Positions 37,363 to 47,987 are shown, counted from the stretch's first letter. The stretch: DNA of 64,000 nucleotides from Clostridia bacterium (GCA_017502875.1 JAFVUF010000012.1:23388-87387), one strand, 5' to 3'. Notes: generated by a model not told the origin, from the letters alone. Numbers and translations are program-made.

Positions 37363-37391
37363 TTGACAATGAATTGAATATATATTATAAT
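37363..37391 (+). promoter_or_regulatory. sigmaA promoter of the transketolase genes
   Basis: Consensus TTGACA-17-TATAAT. Confidence 0.8.
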
Positions 37392-37467
37392 TATACTGTA
37401 TTATTTTTGCCGTCGGTCTTAACTGCGCCTGATAGGTAAATTTAAGAAAACGAAAGGACTGCAAACT

Positions 37468-38307
37468 ATGGAAAGCAATCGCAAAACAGAACTGCAAAGA
37501 ATCGCTACCAACGTACGCCTCGGCATAATCGAAGCGGTGTACAATGCGGCGTCAGGGCACCCGGGTGGGTCTCTCTCAATAGCGGACGTTCTCACCTATC
37601 TCTATTTCGAGGAAATGAACATTGATCCCAAAAATCCCAAAATGGAAAACAGGGACCGCTTCGTTCTCTCTAAGGGTCATACCTCGCCGGCACTCTACGC
37701 GACTCTTGCCAACAGAGGCTTCTTCCCCGTCGAGGACCTCAAAACCTTCAGAAAATTAGGCTCTTATCTTCAGGGCCACCCCGATATGAAGGGTGTTCCG
37801 GGCGTGGACATGTCCGCTGGCTCGCTTGGGCTTGGAATCTCGTCCGCATGCGGAATGGCTCTTTCGGCTAAATATAACAAGAAAGACTACCGCGTTTACG
37901 CCGCCATCGGAGACGGTGAAAGCGAGGAGGGACAGGTATGGGAGGCGGCTATGTTCGCCGCCCACTATAAGCTTGATAACCTCTGCGTAGTTCTCGACTA
38001 TAACGGACTTCAGATAGACGGCCCCGTTGCCGAGGTAATCGGCCCCGCCCCCTTTGATAGCAAATTCGAGGCATTCGGCTGGAACGTTATCAAGATAAAC
38101 GCTCACGATTTCGATGAAATTGAAGCGGCGTTCAAGGCGGCAAGAGAATGTAAGGGTAAGCCTACTCTCATTCTCGCTAACTCCGTAAAGGGTAAGGGCG
38201 TTTCTTACATGGAAAACAAGTGCGAGTGGCACGGCGCCGCACCCAAGACCGATCTCTACGAGGTTGCCGTTAATGACCTTAACGCCATTCTCGATTCGCT
38301 TAACTAA
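37468..38307 (+). CDS. transketolase N-terminal subunit
   Basis: SGHPGGSLS, DRFVLSKGH, LQGHP, GDGESEEGQVWEA TPP motif. Confidence 0.95.
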   Translation: MESNRKTELQRIATNVRLGIIEAVYNAASGHPGGSLSIADVLTYLYFEEMNIDPKNPKMENRDRFVLSKGHTSPALYATLANRGFFPVEDLKTFRKLGSYLQGHPDMKGVPGVDMSAGSLGLGISSACGMALSAKYNKKDYRVYAAIGDGESEEGQVWEAAMFAAHYKLDNLCVVLDYNGLQIDGPVAEVIGPAPFDSKFEAFGWNVIKINAHDFDEIEAAFKAARECKGKPTLILANSVKGKGVSYMENKCEWHGAAPKTDLYEVAVNDLNAILDSLN

Positions 38308-38325
38308 GAAAGGACGGACGCAAAA

Positions 38326-39252
38326 ATGGCAGATACTATGGCAACAAGAGACGCCTACGGAAAGGCGCTCGTCGAGCTTGGTGAAAAATACGATTTCGTG
38401 GTTCTTGACGCTGACCTTGCGGCTGCGACCAAGACCTGTAACTTCAAAAAGGCGTTTCCCGACCGCTTCTTCGATTGCGGTATAGCCGAGGGAAACATGA
38501 TGAGCGTAGCGGCAGGAATAGCGGCTACGGGTCAGCTCGTTTTCGCGAGCAGCTTCGCTATGTTCGCGGCGGGCAGAGCCTTTGAGCAGGTAAGAAACTC
38601 AATAGGCTACCCCCACTTAAATGTTAAGATTGGCGCGACTCACGCAGGCATAACCGTCGGCGAGGACGGCGCGACACACCAGTGTAATGAGGATATCGCT
38701 CTTATGCGAACCATACCGGGAATGACGGTTATCTGTCCGGCTGACGCCGTTTCCGCCCGCGCGGCAGTCGAGGCGGCGATTCTGCATAATGGACCGGTTT
38801 ATATGCGTTTCGGACGCGCGCCTGTGCCGATAATATACGGCGATAATTATAAGTTCGAGCTTGGTAAGGGAACGGTTCTTGCGGACGGTAAGGATGTTAC
38901 CGTAGTCGCTACGGGAATTACCGTGTTTATGGCTCTGCAGGCAAGAGAAAAGCTCGTAGCAGAAGGCATTGACGCAGCGGTTATCGACATTTCCACTATC
39001 AAGCCTATCGACGAGGAGCTTCTCGTTAAGTACGCGAAGAAGACCGGAAAAATAGTTACCTGCGAGGAGCATAGCGTTATCGGAGGACTCGGCGGCGCGG
39101 TAAGCGAGGTGCTTTCAGAAAAGTGCCCTACCAAAATCAAGAGAGTCGGTATAAACGATACATACGGCTCGTCCGGTAAAGCCTTTGAGGTCGCCGCGCA
39201 TTACGGCATCTCCGCCGAGCATATATACAACGCTGTAAAAGGCATAGTGTGA
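38326..39252 (+). CDS. transketolase C-terminal subunit
   Basis: CGIAEGNM, RAFEQVRN, GEDGATHQ, EEHSVIGGLG. Confidence 0.95.
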   Translation: MADTMATRDAYGKALVELGEKYDFVVLDADLAAATKTCNFKKAFPDRFFDCGIAEGNMMSVAAGIAATGQLVFASSFAMFAAGRAFEQVRNSIGYPHLNVKIGATHAGITVGEDGATHQCNEDIALMRTIPGMTVICPADAVSARAAVEAAILHNGPVYMRFGRAPVPIIYGDNYKFELGKGTVLADGKDVTVVATGITVFMALQAREKLVAEGIDAAVIDISTIKPIDEELLVKYAKKTGKIVTCEEHSVIGGLGGAVSEVLSEKCPTKIKRVGINDTYGSSGKAFEVAAHYGISAEHIYNAVKGIV

Positions 39253-39354
39253 TTTGAGATACGCGCGTATTTTCTCTTTTACGAAACACAAATCCACATC
39301 GTAAAACCCCATACATCATTAAAATTAACAATTTAATCGCAAGATTCCGTTGTT

Positions 39355-39460
39355 TTTGAGAAATCTACGAAAGCCTATATAACCGCTGCCCGTATAAAAA
39401 TACGGGGAAGCGGTTATACAAAAGTTTTGCGGAGCTTTTTCAAAAGCGACCGTAATCCTT
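39355..39460 (+). repeat. repeat family C, copy 2
   Basis: TATAACCGCT/AGCGGTTATA hairpin plus AAAGTTTTGCGGAGCTTTTTCAAAAGCGACCGTA, matching 59190-59289. Confidence 0.85.
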
Positions 39461-39468
39461 TTGAAAAC

Positions 39469-40023
39469 ATGGTAGATTTAATAGCACTTGAAAAAGAATT
39501 TCTTTCATCCCATATAAAAGAAGGCGGCGTCGCGGTTGACTTCACGATGGGCAACGGACACGACACCGCGTGGCTATCAAAGGCAGTCGGAGAAAACGGC
39601 AGAGTGTACGCCTTCGACGTACAGGAAAAGGCGCTCGAAAGCACCCGCGAGACGTTAAAAGCGGAAAACTGCCCTGACAACTGCTCGCTGATTTTAGACA
39701 GCCATTCAAACGTACTTGACTACGTTAAAGAGAAAATTTGCGTAGGGGTTTTCAATCTCGGATATCTTCCGGGAAGCGGAAACAAGGCGCTCACCACACT
39801 TCGCCCGACCACAAAAAAGGCTGTCGAGGCGGCGATATCCCTGCTTGACAAGGACGCTATTATACTGATAGCCGTCTATCCCGGACACGAGGAGGGCAGG
39901 CTTGAAGGCGAAATGCTTGACGAAATGCTGCAAGGCTATGACAGACGTAAGCTTTGTGTCTCCAAATTCAAGCTCGTCAATTCCCCCACGTCCCCCTTCT
40001 TCTTCGCTATCGAAAGCAAGTAG
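39469..40023 (+). CDS. SAM-dependent RNA methyltransferase, YtqB/MnmM-like
   Basis: VDFTMGNGHDT, YAFDVQ, FNLGYLPG, VYPGHEEG. Confidence 0.85.
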   Translation: MVDLIALEKEFLSSHIKEGGVAVDFTMGNGHDTAWLSKAVGENGRVYAFDVQEKALESTRETLKAENCPDNCSLILDSHSNVLDYVKEKICVGVFNLGYLPGSGNKALTTLRPTTKKAVEAAISLLDKDAIILIAVYPGHEEGRLEGEMLDEMLQGYDRRKLCVSKFKLVNSPTSPFFFAIESK

Positions 40024-40122
40024 GCGTTTAGTCAAAAATCGAAGCGAGCTTTTCTTTCAAGAAAACGCTTGTTTTCACATACACTAATAATAAAAAACAA
40101 ATCACATACAGGAGTAAACACT

Positions 40123-41208
40123 ATGGACAAGAAATTAAGAGTCGGCGTCATCGGCGCCACAGGAATGGTCGGTCAGCGTTTCCTTACGCTGCTTGACGGA
40201 CACCCCTACTACGACGTAACCTGCGTTGCGGCAAGCGCTCGCTCGGCGGGTAAGGCGTACGAGGAGGTCGTAGGCGAGAGATGGAAGCTTAAAGCTCCCA
40301 TGCCCGAATACGTTAAGAAGATGATAATAGTTGACGCAAGCGAGGTCGAGAAGGTAGCTTCTCTGGTAGACTTCGTATTCTGCGCCGTCGATATGCCCAA
40401 GGACGCCATCAAGGCGCTTGAATATGAGTACGCCAAGGCGGAAACACCCGTTGTTTCCAACAACAGCGCTCACCGCTGGACACCCGACGTGCCTATGATG
40501 ATTCCCGAGGTAAACGCCGATCACGCCAAGGTCATTGAGGACCAGAAGAAGCGCCTCGGCACCAAGAGAGGCTTTATCGCCGTAAAGCCCAACTGCTCTA
40601 TCCAGAGCTACGTTCCGCTTATCGCTCCGCTTATGGAGTTCGAGCCTACCGAGATAGTCGTCTCCACCTATCAGGCGATTTCGGGCGCGGGTAAGACCTT
40701 CAAGGAATTCCCCGAAATTCTTGACAACATCATTCCCTTCATCGGCGGCGAGGAGGAAAAGAGCGAGCAGGAGCCCCTTAAAGTCTGGGGTAAAATCGAA
40801 AACGGCGAGATAGTCAAGGCGTCCGCGCCCGTCATCTCGGCTCAGTGCTACCGCGTACCCGTAGCGGACGGACACACAGCGGCTGTATACGTAAACTTTA
40901 AGAAAAAGCCCACCAAGGAGGAAATTCTTGATCGTTGGGCTAACTTCAAGGGACTTCCCCAGGAGCTTGAGCTTCCCCACGCCCCCAAGCAGTTCATCAC
41001 CTACTTCGAGGAGGACAACTATCCTCAGGCTAATCTCCACAGAGATACTGAGGGCGGTATGGGCGTAACGGCAGGAAGACTCCGCGAGGACAATCTCTTT
41101 GATTGGAAGTTCGTCGGACTTTCTCACAACACCCTTCGCGGCGCGGCAGGCGGAGCTATGCTGACCGCTGAGCTTCTCACCAGACTTGGATATATCACTT
41201 CAAAATAA
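40123..41208 (+). CDS. asd: aspartate-semialdehyde dehydrogenase
   Basis: GATGMVGQ, KPNCS, TYQAISGAG, SHNTLRGAAGG. Confidence 0.97.
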   Translation: MDKKLRVGVIGATGMVGQRFLTLLDGHPYYDVTCVAASARSAGKAYEEVVGERWKLKAPMPEYVKKMIIVDASEVEKVASLVDFVFCAVDMPKDAIKALEYEYAKAETPVVSNNSAHRWTPDVPMMIPEVNADHAKVIEDQKKRLGTKRGFIAVKPNCSIQSYVPLIAPLMEFEPTEIVVSTYQAISGAGKTFKEFPEILDNIIPFIGGEEEKSEQEPLKVWGKIENGEIVKASAPVISAQCYRVPVADGHTAAVYVNFKKKPTKEEILDRWANFKGLPQELELPHAPKQFITYFEEDNYPQANLHRDTEGGMGVTAGRLREDNLFDWKFVGLSHNTLRGAAGGAMLTAELLTRLGYITSK

Positions 41209-41283
41209 GGTCGGTAAGCATCGACAGGCAAATGGCGGCGCAGGCTGTGAACGCCGCTAATCTAAATCTTCTGAAAATAACAC

Positions 41284-41320
41284 AACGGGCTTTCTCAGTC
41301 GAGAAAGCCCGTTCTTTTTT
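41284..41320. terminator. bidirectional terminator between asd and dacF
   Basis: AACGGGCTTTCTC/GAGAAAGCCCGTT plus T-run. Confidence 0.85.
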
Positions 41321-42468
41321 TAATATAGCAGGTTCTTGAAAAGCCGTTCAAGTATTTGAAGATACGTAATACGCGGAATATCCTTTCCCGCCGTTATCGG
41401 CACCTCGGCTACGACCTCGCCATTCAAGCGGTAAATCACCTTGCCAATCTCCTGCCCCTTAGCGACGGGCGCGGAAAGCGTTTCGGGGAGCGATATCTCC
41501 GCCTCGGTCTTACCGAGATTCTGCTTTTCCACCACGGTCTTAAACTGACCGTACTCAATCGGAACGGAGCTTTCAATCGCACCCGTAACCGAGATTTCAG
41601 TCATTTCACCGCCGTCAAAGCACTCATATCCGTAATTTGCGAAGCCGTAATCGAGCAGCTTTTTCGCCACCTCGTTTCTGCTATCGCGGCTCTGCGCGCC
41701 CATGACCACGCAGATAAGCTGCATACCGTCCCGCTTCGCGCTTGCGCTTATGCAGAATTTCGCCTTCGAGGTCGAGCCGGTCTTTAAGCCGTTTGCGCCG
41801 CTATAGAAACGGATAAGGCGGTTAGTGTTGGTCAGACCGAATTCACCGCCCCGGATACTGTCCATCCAGATAGAAGAATATTCAAGTATTTTCGGGTGCT
41901 TCGTAATAAGCTCCGCACTCATAATAGCTATATCTCTTGCGCTTATGACGTGGTTAACGGTATCGTCGTCAAGACCGTTTGTGTTCTCAAATACTGTGTG
42001 CGTCATTCCAAGCTCACGGGCTCTTTCGTTCATACGGGCAACGAAGGCCTCCTCACTGCCGTAAACGTATTCCGCAAGCGCCACGCAAGCGTCGTTTGCC
42101 GAGCTTACCACAACGCATTTAAGCAGCTCGTGCACGCTCATCTGCTCGCCCTCTTCTAAATAGACCTGCGAGCCGCCCATTTTCGCCGCGTAAGCGCTCA
42201 CAGTTACGGTGTCGTCAAGAGTAATCTTTCCGCTGTCGATAGCCTCCATTACGAGAAGCATTGACATGACCTTTGTAACTGAAGCGGGGGGAAGGGGCAG
42301 ATCGGCGTCCTTTTCGTAGAGGACGGCGCCTGTTTCAGCCTCTATTAAAATGAGAGACTTTGCGTCGCTCTCAATACTGACTGAGCGAGCGCTCTCTGCA
42401 GAGACGGAAACCGCAAAAACGGAGCAAAGCGCGAGCAAAACGGATAAAAATTTCAGAATAGCCTTCAT
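41320..42468 (-). CDS. dacF: D-alanyl-D-alanine carboxypeptidase (DacF-like)
   Basis: Signal peptide, PASVTK (SxxK), GGSQVYL, SAND, GLKTG. Confidence 0.8.
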   Translation of the reverse strand: MKAILKFLSVLLALCSVFAVSVSAESARSVSIESDAKSLILIEAETGAVLYEKDADLPLPPASVTKVMSMLLVMEAIDSGKITLDDTVTVSAYAAKMGGSQVYLEEGEQMSVHELLKCVVVSSANDACVALAEYVYGSEEAFVARMNERARELGMTHTVFENTNGLDDDTVNHVISARDIAIMSAELITKHPKILEYSSIWMDSIRGGEFGLTNTNRLIRFYSGANGLKTGSTSKAKFCISASAKRDGMQLICVVMGAQSRDSRNEVAKKLLDYGFANYGYECFDGGEMTEISVTGAIESSVPIEYGQFKTVVEKQNLGKTEAEISLPETLSAPVAKGQEIGKVIYRLNGEVVAEVPITAGKDIPRITYLQILERLFKNLLY

Positions 42469-42516
42469 ATCACCTATATTCCTTTCCGGAAGAGACAGCT
42501 TCCCGGCTTTCTGTCA

Positions 42517-42546
42517 ATTCTATGCGAAAAGGAATTTTTTTATGAC
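42517..42546 (-). promoter_or_regulatory. sigmaE-like sporulation promoter
   Basis: GTCATA-16-CATAGAAT upstream of the dac gene. Confidence 0.6.
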
Positions 42547-42550
42547 CGTT

Positions 42551-42973
42551 CTACGCCAAAATAAAACAAAGCGCGAGGATAAGGATATCGTCTCCGCCCT
42601 CGCACATCAAAAGCACGATGAGAGCGATAACAAAAAGCTCGTCATTTGAAAAGCTCCTCAAAAAGCCGCCTCTGTCCCTATTCTTGCCTCGCTTAACGTC
42701 CTCTCTGTCCGGCTCACAGCAAGCAGGCTCTGACTCAGCTTCAGACGGACACCGGTACACTTGCTCCTCGCAGCGCTCCTTGAGTACAGGAATTCTCACC
42801 GCGCGGAAACGGCGTTTAGGACGGATTTCGGCATTTTCCTCGGTTGCGGGCGCGTTCATTTCGCTCATCTCCACACTTTCGCATGCCGTTTCCTCCTCTA
42901 TCGGCGGTATCGCGCTGTCCTCGGCGCACGGCTTTGGCGGCTCCTTTTTCATCTGATAGTTTCGGGTATACAA
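42551..42973 (-). CDS. hypothetical protein with C-terminal hydrophobic hairpin
   Basis: ORF with AAGGGGG RBS; ends DELFVIALIVLLMCEGGDDILILALCFILA. Confidence 0.7.
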   Translation of the reverse strand: MYTRNYQMKKEPPKPCAEDSAIPPIEEETACESVEMSEMNAPATEENAEIRPKRRFRAVRIPVLKERCEEQVYRCPSEAESEPACCEPDREDVKRGKNRDRGGFLRSFSNDELFVIALIVLLMCEGGDDILILALCFILA

Positions 42974-42987
42974 GCTATCCCCCCTTT

Positions 42988-43416
42988 CTATTTACCGTCA
43001 AGAAGCGAGCCAAGCGACCCAAGCTCCGCAAGCCTGAGCAGCCGTATTACGGTTTCAAGCCTCTGCCTGCGCTCCTCGCCGAGATACGGACGCACGGCGC
43101 TAAGCAAAAGTATTCGGTTTTTTATCTCCTCCTGCGTTCCGAACACCTTGCCTAAGCTTAAATTCGAGCCTGTGTTTTCTCCGACGTCCTTTTTTGGCGA
43201 AGCAGAGCCGCCGAGCAAGCCCATAATAGCCGAAAGCGCGTCGGCGCCCTGCGTGTCAGTAGCCCTTGGCGGCGGAGCTTCACGCTTGACGGAAGCGGCT
43301 CCCATCGAACCCATAAGCCCCGATAACGCCGAAAGCGCCGCGGGATTTTCACTTAGCTTCGCTATCAACGGCATAAGCTCGGCTATGTTTAAATTTCCTA
43401 AATTATCCATATCCAC
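42988..43416 (-). CDS. hypothetical protein
   Basis: RILLLSAVRPYL..ERRQRLE motif that I associate with small clostridial sporulation-region proteins (from memory). Confidence 0.7.
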   Translation of the reverse strand: MDMDNLGNLNIAELMPLIAKLSENPAALSALSGLMGSMGAASVKREAPPPRATDTQGADALSAIMGLLGGSASPKKDVGENTGSNLSLGKVFGTQEEIKNRILLLSAVRPYLGEERRQRLETVIRLLRLAELGSLGSLLDGK

Positions 43417-43428
43417 CCCGCCCCTTTA

Positions 43429-43674
43429 CTACTTGCCGCCCCCGATTTGCCTTAGCGTATCATTTATGTCCCGCGATCCGAGAGAGGCGAGCAAATCTGA
43501 TATCTGCCTGTCGCTCAGCGCCGCTATCATTCGTCGAAGTCTGGGGATATCCGAGGTAAGCTGCTCCGCTTTTCTTCTGTCAACACCGGCGGCTGCGCAA
43601 GCGGAGTTTATCAGCCTATAAAGCTCTATATCCGACATACCGACAAGCCTGTCTTTTATACTCATGTCCGACAT
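43429..43674 (-). CDS. hypothetical protein
   Basis: AAAGGAG RBS; first of three tightly packed ORFs. Confidence 0.7.
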   Translation of the reverse strand: MSDMSIKDRLVGMSDIELYRLINSACAAAGVDRRKAEQLTSDIPRLRRMIAALSDRQISDLLASLGSRDINDTLRQIGGGK

Positions 43675-43707
43675 TCATTCTTCTCCTTTACAAAGCGTTC
43701 ACTAAAA

Positions 43708-43735
43708 ATTATATGCTGAGAGATATGAAAGGTGC
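43708..43735 (-). promoter_or_regulatory. sigmaK-like sporulation promoter
   Basis: GCAC-16-CATATAAT. Confidence 0.5.
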
Positions 43736-43750
43736 GGAGGAAAGTAAACA

Positions 43751-43790
43751 AAAAACGGGCGCGCCCGATTTCGACCTGACACGCCCGTAC
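43751..43790 (-). terminator. terminator after the Cys/Gly peptide gene
   Basis: ACGGGCGTGTC...GGCGCGCCCGT followed by TTTTT on the minus strand. Confidence 0.65.
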
Positions 43791-43832
43791 ATTTATTATT
43801 CCTTAGCGTTAAACGTCCGAGCTTATCCTCGC

Positions 43833-43970
43833 TCAATCGCCGCAGCCGCAGCCACAGCCGCAGGAGCCGTATCCGGCGCCGCAGCCGTTGTTACAGCTGA
43901 GAAGGAAGAGCGCGAAGATAACTAACCAGAGGAACTTGCTATCCTCGAAGATCTGACATAAGCATCCCAT
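43833..43970 (-). CDS. 45-aa Cys/Gly-rich membrane peptide
   Basis: AAAGGAGG RBS, then MGCLCQIFEDSKFLWLVIFALFLLSCNNGCGAGYGSCGCGCGCGD; own terminator. Confidence 0.8.
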   Translation of the reverse strand: MGCLCQIFEDSKFLWLVIFALFLLSCNNGCGAGYGSCGCGCGCGD

Positions 43971-44139
43971 TTTGTGTTTCCTCCTTTCATATTCCTCGGA
44001 CGGCGAGCAGAATTCGTCTTGCCCGCTCCGCTTTCCGCCCTGTGCTAACATTCTATGTCGTAAAGACACTTTTGCCATTGAAGCATAGCGCCCGTAAAAG
44101 TGAATATTGAAAAGAAAACGGAAAAATCTAAAAAAACCG

Positions 44140-44168
44140 TTGACACGGAGATAAAAAAGAGATATAAT
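44140..44168 (+). promoter_or_regulatory. sigmaA promoter of typA
   Basis: TTGACA-17-TATAAT. Confidence 0.8.
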
Positions 44169-44216
44169 TAATAAATAAAATTATTTTGAATTTCTCGCAA
44201 AGGAAGTACAAGCTAA

Positions 44217-46046
44217 ATGATAAGAGAAGACCTCAGAAATATCGCTATAATCGCCCACGTTGACCACGGAAAGACCACCCTTGTAGACGAAATGTTAAAG
44301 CAGGGCGGCGCATACAGGGAAAACCAGGCGACCTCGGAGCGAGTAATGGATAGCGGAGATATTGAAAAGGAGCGAGGCATAACAATTCTCGCCAAAAACA
44401 CTTCTATTCATTATAATGACGTCAAGATAAACATTATCGACACACCCGGACACGCGGATTTCGGAGGAGAGGTCGAGCGTATTCTCAAAATGGTAAACGG
44501 AGTTCTGCTTCTCGTGGACGCGGCGGAGGGCCCTATGCCCCAGACACGCTTCGTTCTTGAAAGAGCTCTTGAGCTCGGACACAGAGTTATAGTGGTCATC
44601 AATAAGATAGATCGCCCCGACGCCCGTCTTGACGAGGTTCAGGACGAGGTTCTTGAGCTTCTTATGGAGCTTGACGCAACCGATGAACAGCTCGACAGCC
44701 CCATGGTTTTCTGCTCCGGACGCGCGGGAACCGCTTCCCTTTCCGCCGATACGCAGGGAAAAGACCTTGTCCCGCTTTTTGAAAAGATAATTGACTATAT
44801 CCCCGCCCCGGAGGGCGAGCCCGACGAGCCACTCCAGCTTCTCGTCTCCTCTATCGACTATAACGACTTTGTAGGAAGAATAGGTATAGGCAGAATCGAG
44901 CGCGGAACCATAAGGCAGAATCAGGACGTTTTAATAACCAACTATCACGATTCCGAGGGTGCTCCCGTAAGAACGAGAATAGTCTCGCTTTATCAGTTCG
45001 AGGCGCTCCGCCGCGAGCCATGCGAGACCGCTAAGGTAGGCGATATCGTCTGCTTCTCAGGCGCTGAGAATATCACGATAGGCGATACTATCTGCGCGCC
45101 CGCAGACCCCACTCCCCTTCCCTTTGTCAAGATAAGCGAGCCTGTCATGGAGGTTACCGTCTCCGTAAACGACGGCCCCTTCGCGGGCAGAGAGGGTAAG
45201 CTCGTTACCTCGCGTCAGATACGCCAAAGACTTTACCGCGAAACCCTTAAAGACGTTTCACTTCGCGTAAGAGACGGCGAGACCGCCGACAGCTTCCTCG
45301 TGGCGGGACGCGGAGAAATGCACCTCTCGGTTCTTATCGAAACCATGCGCCGCGAGGGCTATGAGCTGCTTGTTTCCGCGCCCAGAGTACTGTATAAAAC
45401 CGACGAAAACGGAGCTAAGACCGAACCCGCGGAGCGAGTTATCATCGACGTTCCCGAAACCTCGCAGGGCGCTGTCATGGAAAAGCTCGGAAGCAGAAAG
45501 GGTACTCTTATCGACATGCGCTTAAACGGTAACCGTATGCGTATCGAGTATATCGTACCCGCGCGCTGCCTTTTCGGTTACAGAAGCGAATTCCTCACCG
45601 ATACCAGAGGCGAGGGTATCCTGAGCAGTATATTCGAAGGGTACATTCCGTATCAGGGAGAGATTACAACTCGGTTTACGGGTTCGCTCGTCGCGTTCAG
45701 CGAGGGCGAGGCAACATCCTACGCGCTTTACAGAGCGCAGGACAGAGGAGATCTGTTTATTACTGTAGGCGCGAAGGTCTACGAGGGTATGATAATCGGA
45801 GAAAACCCAAAGCCGGGTAACATAGAGCTTAACGTCTGCGAGCAGAAGCACCTGACCTCAATTCGCTCGTCGGGCGCTGACGAAAAGCTTATTCTGACGC
45901 CCCCAAGAGATATGAGTCTGGAAAAGGCTATTGAATTTATCGCCGCCGACGAGCTGGTCGAGGTAACTCCTCTTAACATACGTCTGCGTAAGCGAATACT
46001 TGATACCCAGCTCCGTAAAAAAGCCGAGGCAAAGCTTAGGAAATAA
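44217..46046 (+). CDS. typA: translational GTPase TypA/BipA
   Basis: [49 protein letters not shown]. Confidence 0.97.
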   Translation: MIREDLRNIAIIAHVDHGKTTLVDEMLKQGGAYRENQATSERVMDSGDIEKERGITILAKNTSIHYNDVKINIIDTPGHADFGGEVERILKMVNGVLLLVDAAEGPMPQTRFVLERALELGHRVIVVINKIDRPDARLDEVQDEVLELLMELDATDEQLDSPMVFCSGRAGTASLSADTQGKDLVPLFEKIIDYIPAPEGEPDEPLQLLVSSIDYNDFVGRIGIGRIERGTIRQNQDVLITNYHDSEGAPVRTRIVSLYQFEALRREPCETAKVGDIVCFSGAENITIGDTICAPADPTPLPFVKISEPVMEVTVSVNDGPFAGREGKLVTSRQIRQRLYRETLKDVSLRVRDGETADSFLVAGRGEMHLSVLIETMRREGYELLVSAPRVLYKTDENGAKTEPAERVIIDVPETSQGAVMEKLGSRKGTLIDMRLNGNRMRIEYIVPARCLFGYRSEFLTDTRGEGILSSIFEGYIPYQGEITTRFTGSLVAFSEGEATSYALYRAQDRGDLFITVGAKVYEGMIIGENPKPGNIELNVCEQKHLTSIRSSGADEKLILTPPRDMSLEKAIEFIAADELVEVTPLNIRLRKRILDTQLRKKAEAKLRK

Positions 46047-46072
46047 GCTATAAACCGTTTCATCGCACCCGT

Positions 46073-46105
46073 AACCGCCGAAAAGCAATTTTTCGGCGGT
46101 TTTTT
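46073..46105 (+). terminator. terminator after typA
   Basis: AACCGCCGAAAA/TTTTCGGCGGTT plus T-run. Confidence 0.85.
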
Positions 46106-46160
46106 AATAGCAATTTTTGTCTTAAAAAGTGTAAATAAATTTATTTTTTATAAATAGCAC

Positions 46161-46189
46161 TTGACAATTCCGCCAATTCAGTATAAAAT
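46161..46189 (+). promoter_or_regulatory. sigmaA promoter of rny
   Basis: TTGACA-17-TAAAAT. Confidence 0.7.
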
Positions 46190-46278
46190 ATAAGTTGTGT
46201 AATTGTAAAGTCAACTATTTTATAAATATTTATTTGATTTTTGCATATAAACATAATCTTAAATTTCGGAGGACACTT

Positions 46279-47835
46279 ATGCACCCGGCAATTATTATCG
46301 CTATTACAGCCGCGGTTTGCCTCGCCGTATTCGGCAGCGTGGGATTTCTCCTCGGTTACAAACAGCGTAAAAGACTTGCGGAGGCAAAGATCGGCTCAGC
46401 AGAGCTGGAAGCCAAACGCATTGTAGATGAAGCGGCAAAGGAAGCCGAAAGCAGTAAAAAAACCGCTGTGCTTGAAGCCAAGGAGCAGATCCTTAAAGAA
46501 AGAAACGAGGCAGAAAGAGAATTAAAGGAACAGCGCAAGGAGATTACCCGTCAGGAGCAGCGCATAGTCTCCAAGGAGGAGGCTCTTGACCGCAAGAGCG
46601 AAAACCTTGACAAAAAGAACGAGCAGCTTACTCAGAAGCTCAGTGAGGCGGACGAGCTCAAGGCAGAGGTCGAAGCTCTTATCGGCAAGCACCTTCAGGA
46701 GCTTCAGCGCATTTCTCACTGCACAGCCGAGGAGGCTAAGGCAGAGCTTCTTCAGCGCATAGAGGAGGACGTTCAGCACGACGCCGCCCTCAAAATAATC
46801 GAGATAGAGTCCAGACTCAGAGAGGACGCTGACAGAAAGGCAAAGGAGATAATCTCCCTCGCTATTCAGAGATGCGCCTCCGACCACGTTTCCGAGACCA
46901 CGACCTCAACCGTTACACTTCCTAGCGACGATATGAAGGGACGTATCATCGGACGTGAGGGCAGAAATATCCGTTCCATTGAACAGCTTACGGGCGTTGA
47001 CCTCATCATCGACGATACCCCCGAGGCTATCACCGTTTCCTGCTTTGATCCCATTCGCCGTGAAATCGCCCGTCTTACGCTTGAAAAGCTCATTTCCGAC
47101 GGACGTATACACCCAACCAGAATTGAGGACACCGTTGACAAGGCTCGCCGCGAGGTCGAGGCTGAGGTCAAGGCAGCGGGAGAGCGCGCCACCTTTGAAA
47201 TAGGTATTCACGCTATCAATCCCGAGCTTGTTAAGCTCCTCGGAAGACTTAAATACCGCACCAGCTACGGTCAGAACGTTCTTACCCACTCCCTTGAGGT
47301 TGCCTATATTTCGGGCATAATCGCGGACGAGCTTGGAGTCGACAGCGTTGTGGCTAAGCGCGCCGGACTGCTCCACGATATCGGTAAGGCTCTTACCGCC
47401 GAGGTCGAGGGCTCACACGTCCAGCTTGGTGTTGATATAGCGAAGAAATATAAGGAAAACAATGAGGTTGTCCACGCCATTGAGGCGCACCACGGCGATG
47501 TTGAGCCGCAGACTATCATTGCGGTTATCGTGCAGGCGGCAGACGCAATTTCCGCCGCGCGTCCCGGCGCAAGACGTGAGAACCTTGAAAACTACATCAA
47601 GAGACTCCAGAAGCTTGAGGAAATCGCAAACGGCTTCGGCGGCGTAGAAAAGTCCTACGCGGTTCAGGCAGGCCGTGAGATCAGAATTATGGTCAAGCCC
47701 GAGGAGGTAAACGACGAGCAGATGGTGCTTGTTGCGCGCGACATAGTCAAAAAGATCGAGGAGAGCCTTGAATATCCCGGTCAGATCAAGATAAACGTCA
47801 TTCGCGAAAGCCGCGCGGTAGACTACGCAAAATAG
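46279..47835 (+). CDS. rny: ribonuclease Y
   Basis: N-terminal TM, coiled coil, KH domain [16 protein letters not shown] domain GLLHDIGK. Confidence 0.97.
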   Translation: MHPAIIIAITAAVCLAVFGSVGFLLGYKQRKRLAEAKIGSAELEAKRIVDEAAKEAESSKKTAVLEAKEQILKERNEAERELKEQRKEITRQEQRIVSKEEALDRKSENLDKKNEQLTQKLSEADELKAEVEALIGKHLQELQRISHCTAEEAKAELLQRIEEDVQHDAALKIIEIESRLREDADRKAKEIISLAIQRCASDHVSETTTSTVTLPSDDMKGRIIGREGRNIRSIEQLTGVDLIIDDTPEAITVSCFDPIRREIARLTLEKLISDGRIHPTRIEDTVDKARREVEAEVKAAGERATFEIGIHAINPELVKLLGRLKYRTSYGQNVLTHSLEVAYISGIIADELGVDSVVAKRAGLLHDIGKALTAEVEGSHVQLGVDIAKKYKENNEVVHAIEAHHGDVEPQTIIAVIVQAADAISAARPGARRENLENYIKRLQKLEEIANGFGGVEKSYAVQAGREIRIMVKPEEVNDEQMVLVARDIVKKIEESLEYPGQIKINVIRESRAVDYAK

Positions 47836-47928
47836 CAGGCGCCGGCCTGCAGCGGATCGGCGGCGCCTTCGTCAGAGCGTTTCACGGTGGACGCCGCTAG
47901 GCATTGTGTGGTGGAAAGTTTAAACACA
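47833..47928 (+). repeat. stop-codon-anchored structured repeat D, copy 2 (after rny)
   Basis: Near-identical to the reverse complement of 27364-27457; starts at the rny TAG. Confidence 0.9.
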
Positions 47929-47987
47929 ATATCCGTCTTGTTTTATATGGAAAGGCGTTCTGACGCCGTCAAATCATTAAAAAACCA

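Noticed and set aside
47833-47928. Element D as a hammerhead or HDV-like ribozyme
   Set aside because: No CUGANGA/GAAA core, and I could not build the HDV P1/P2/P3 pseudoknot by eye; a descriptor search would be needed
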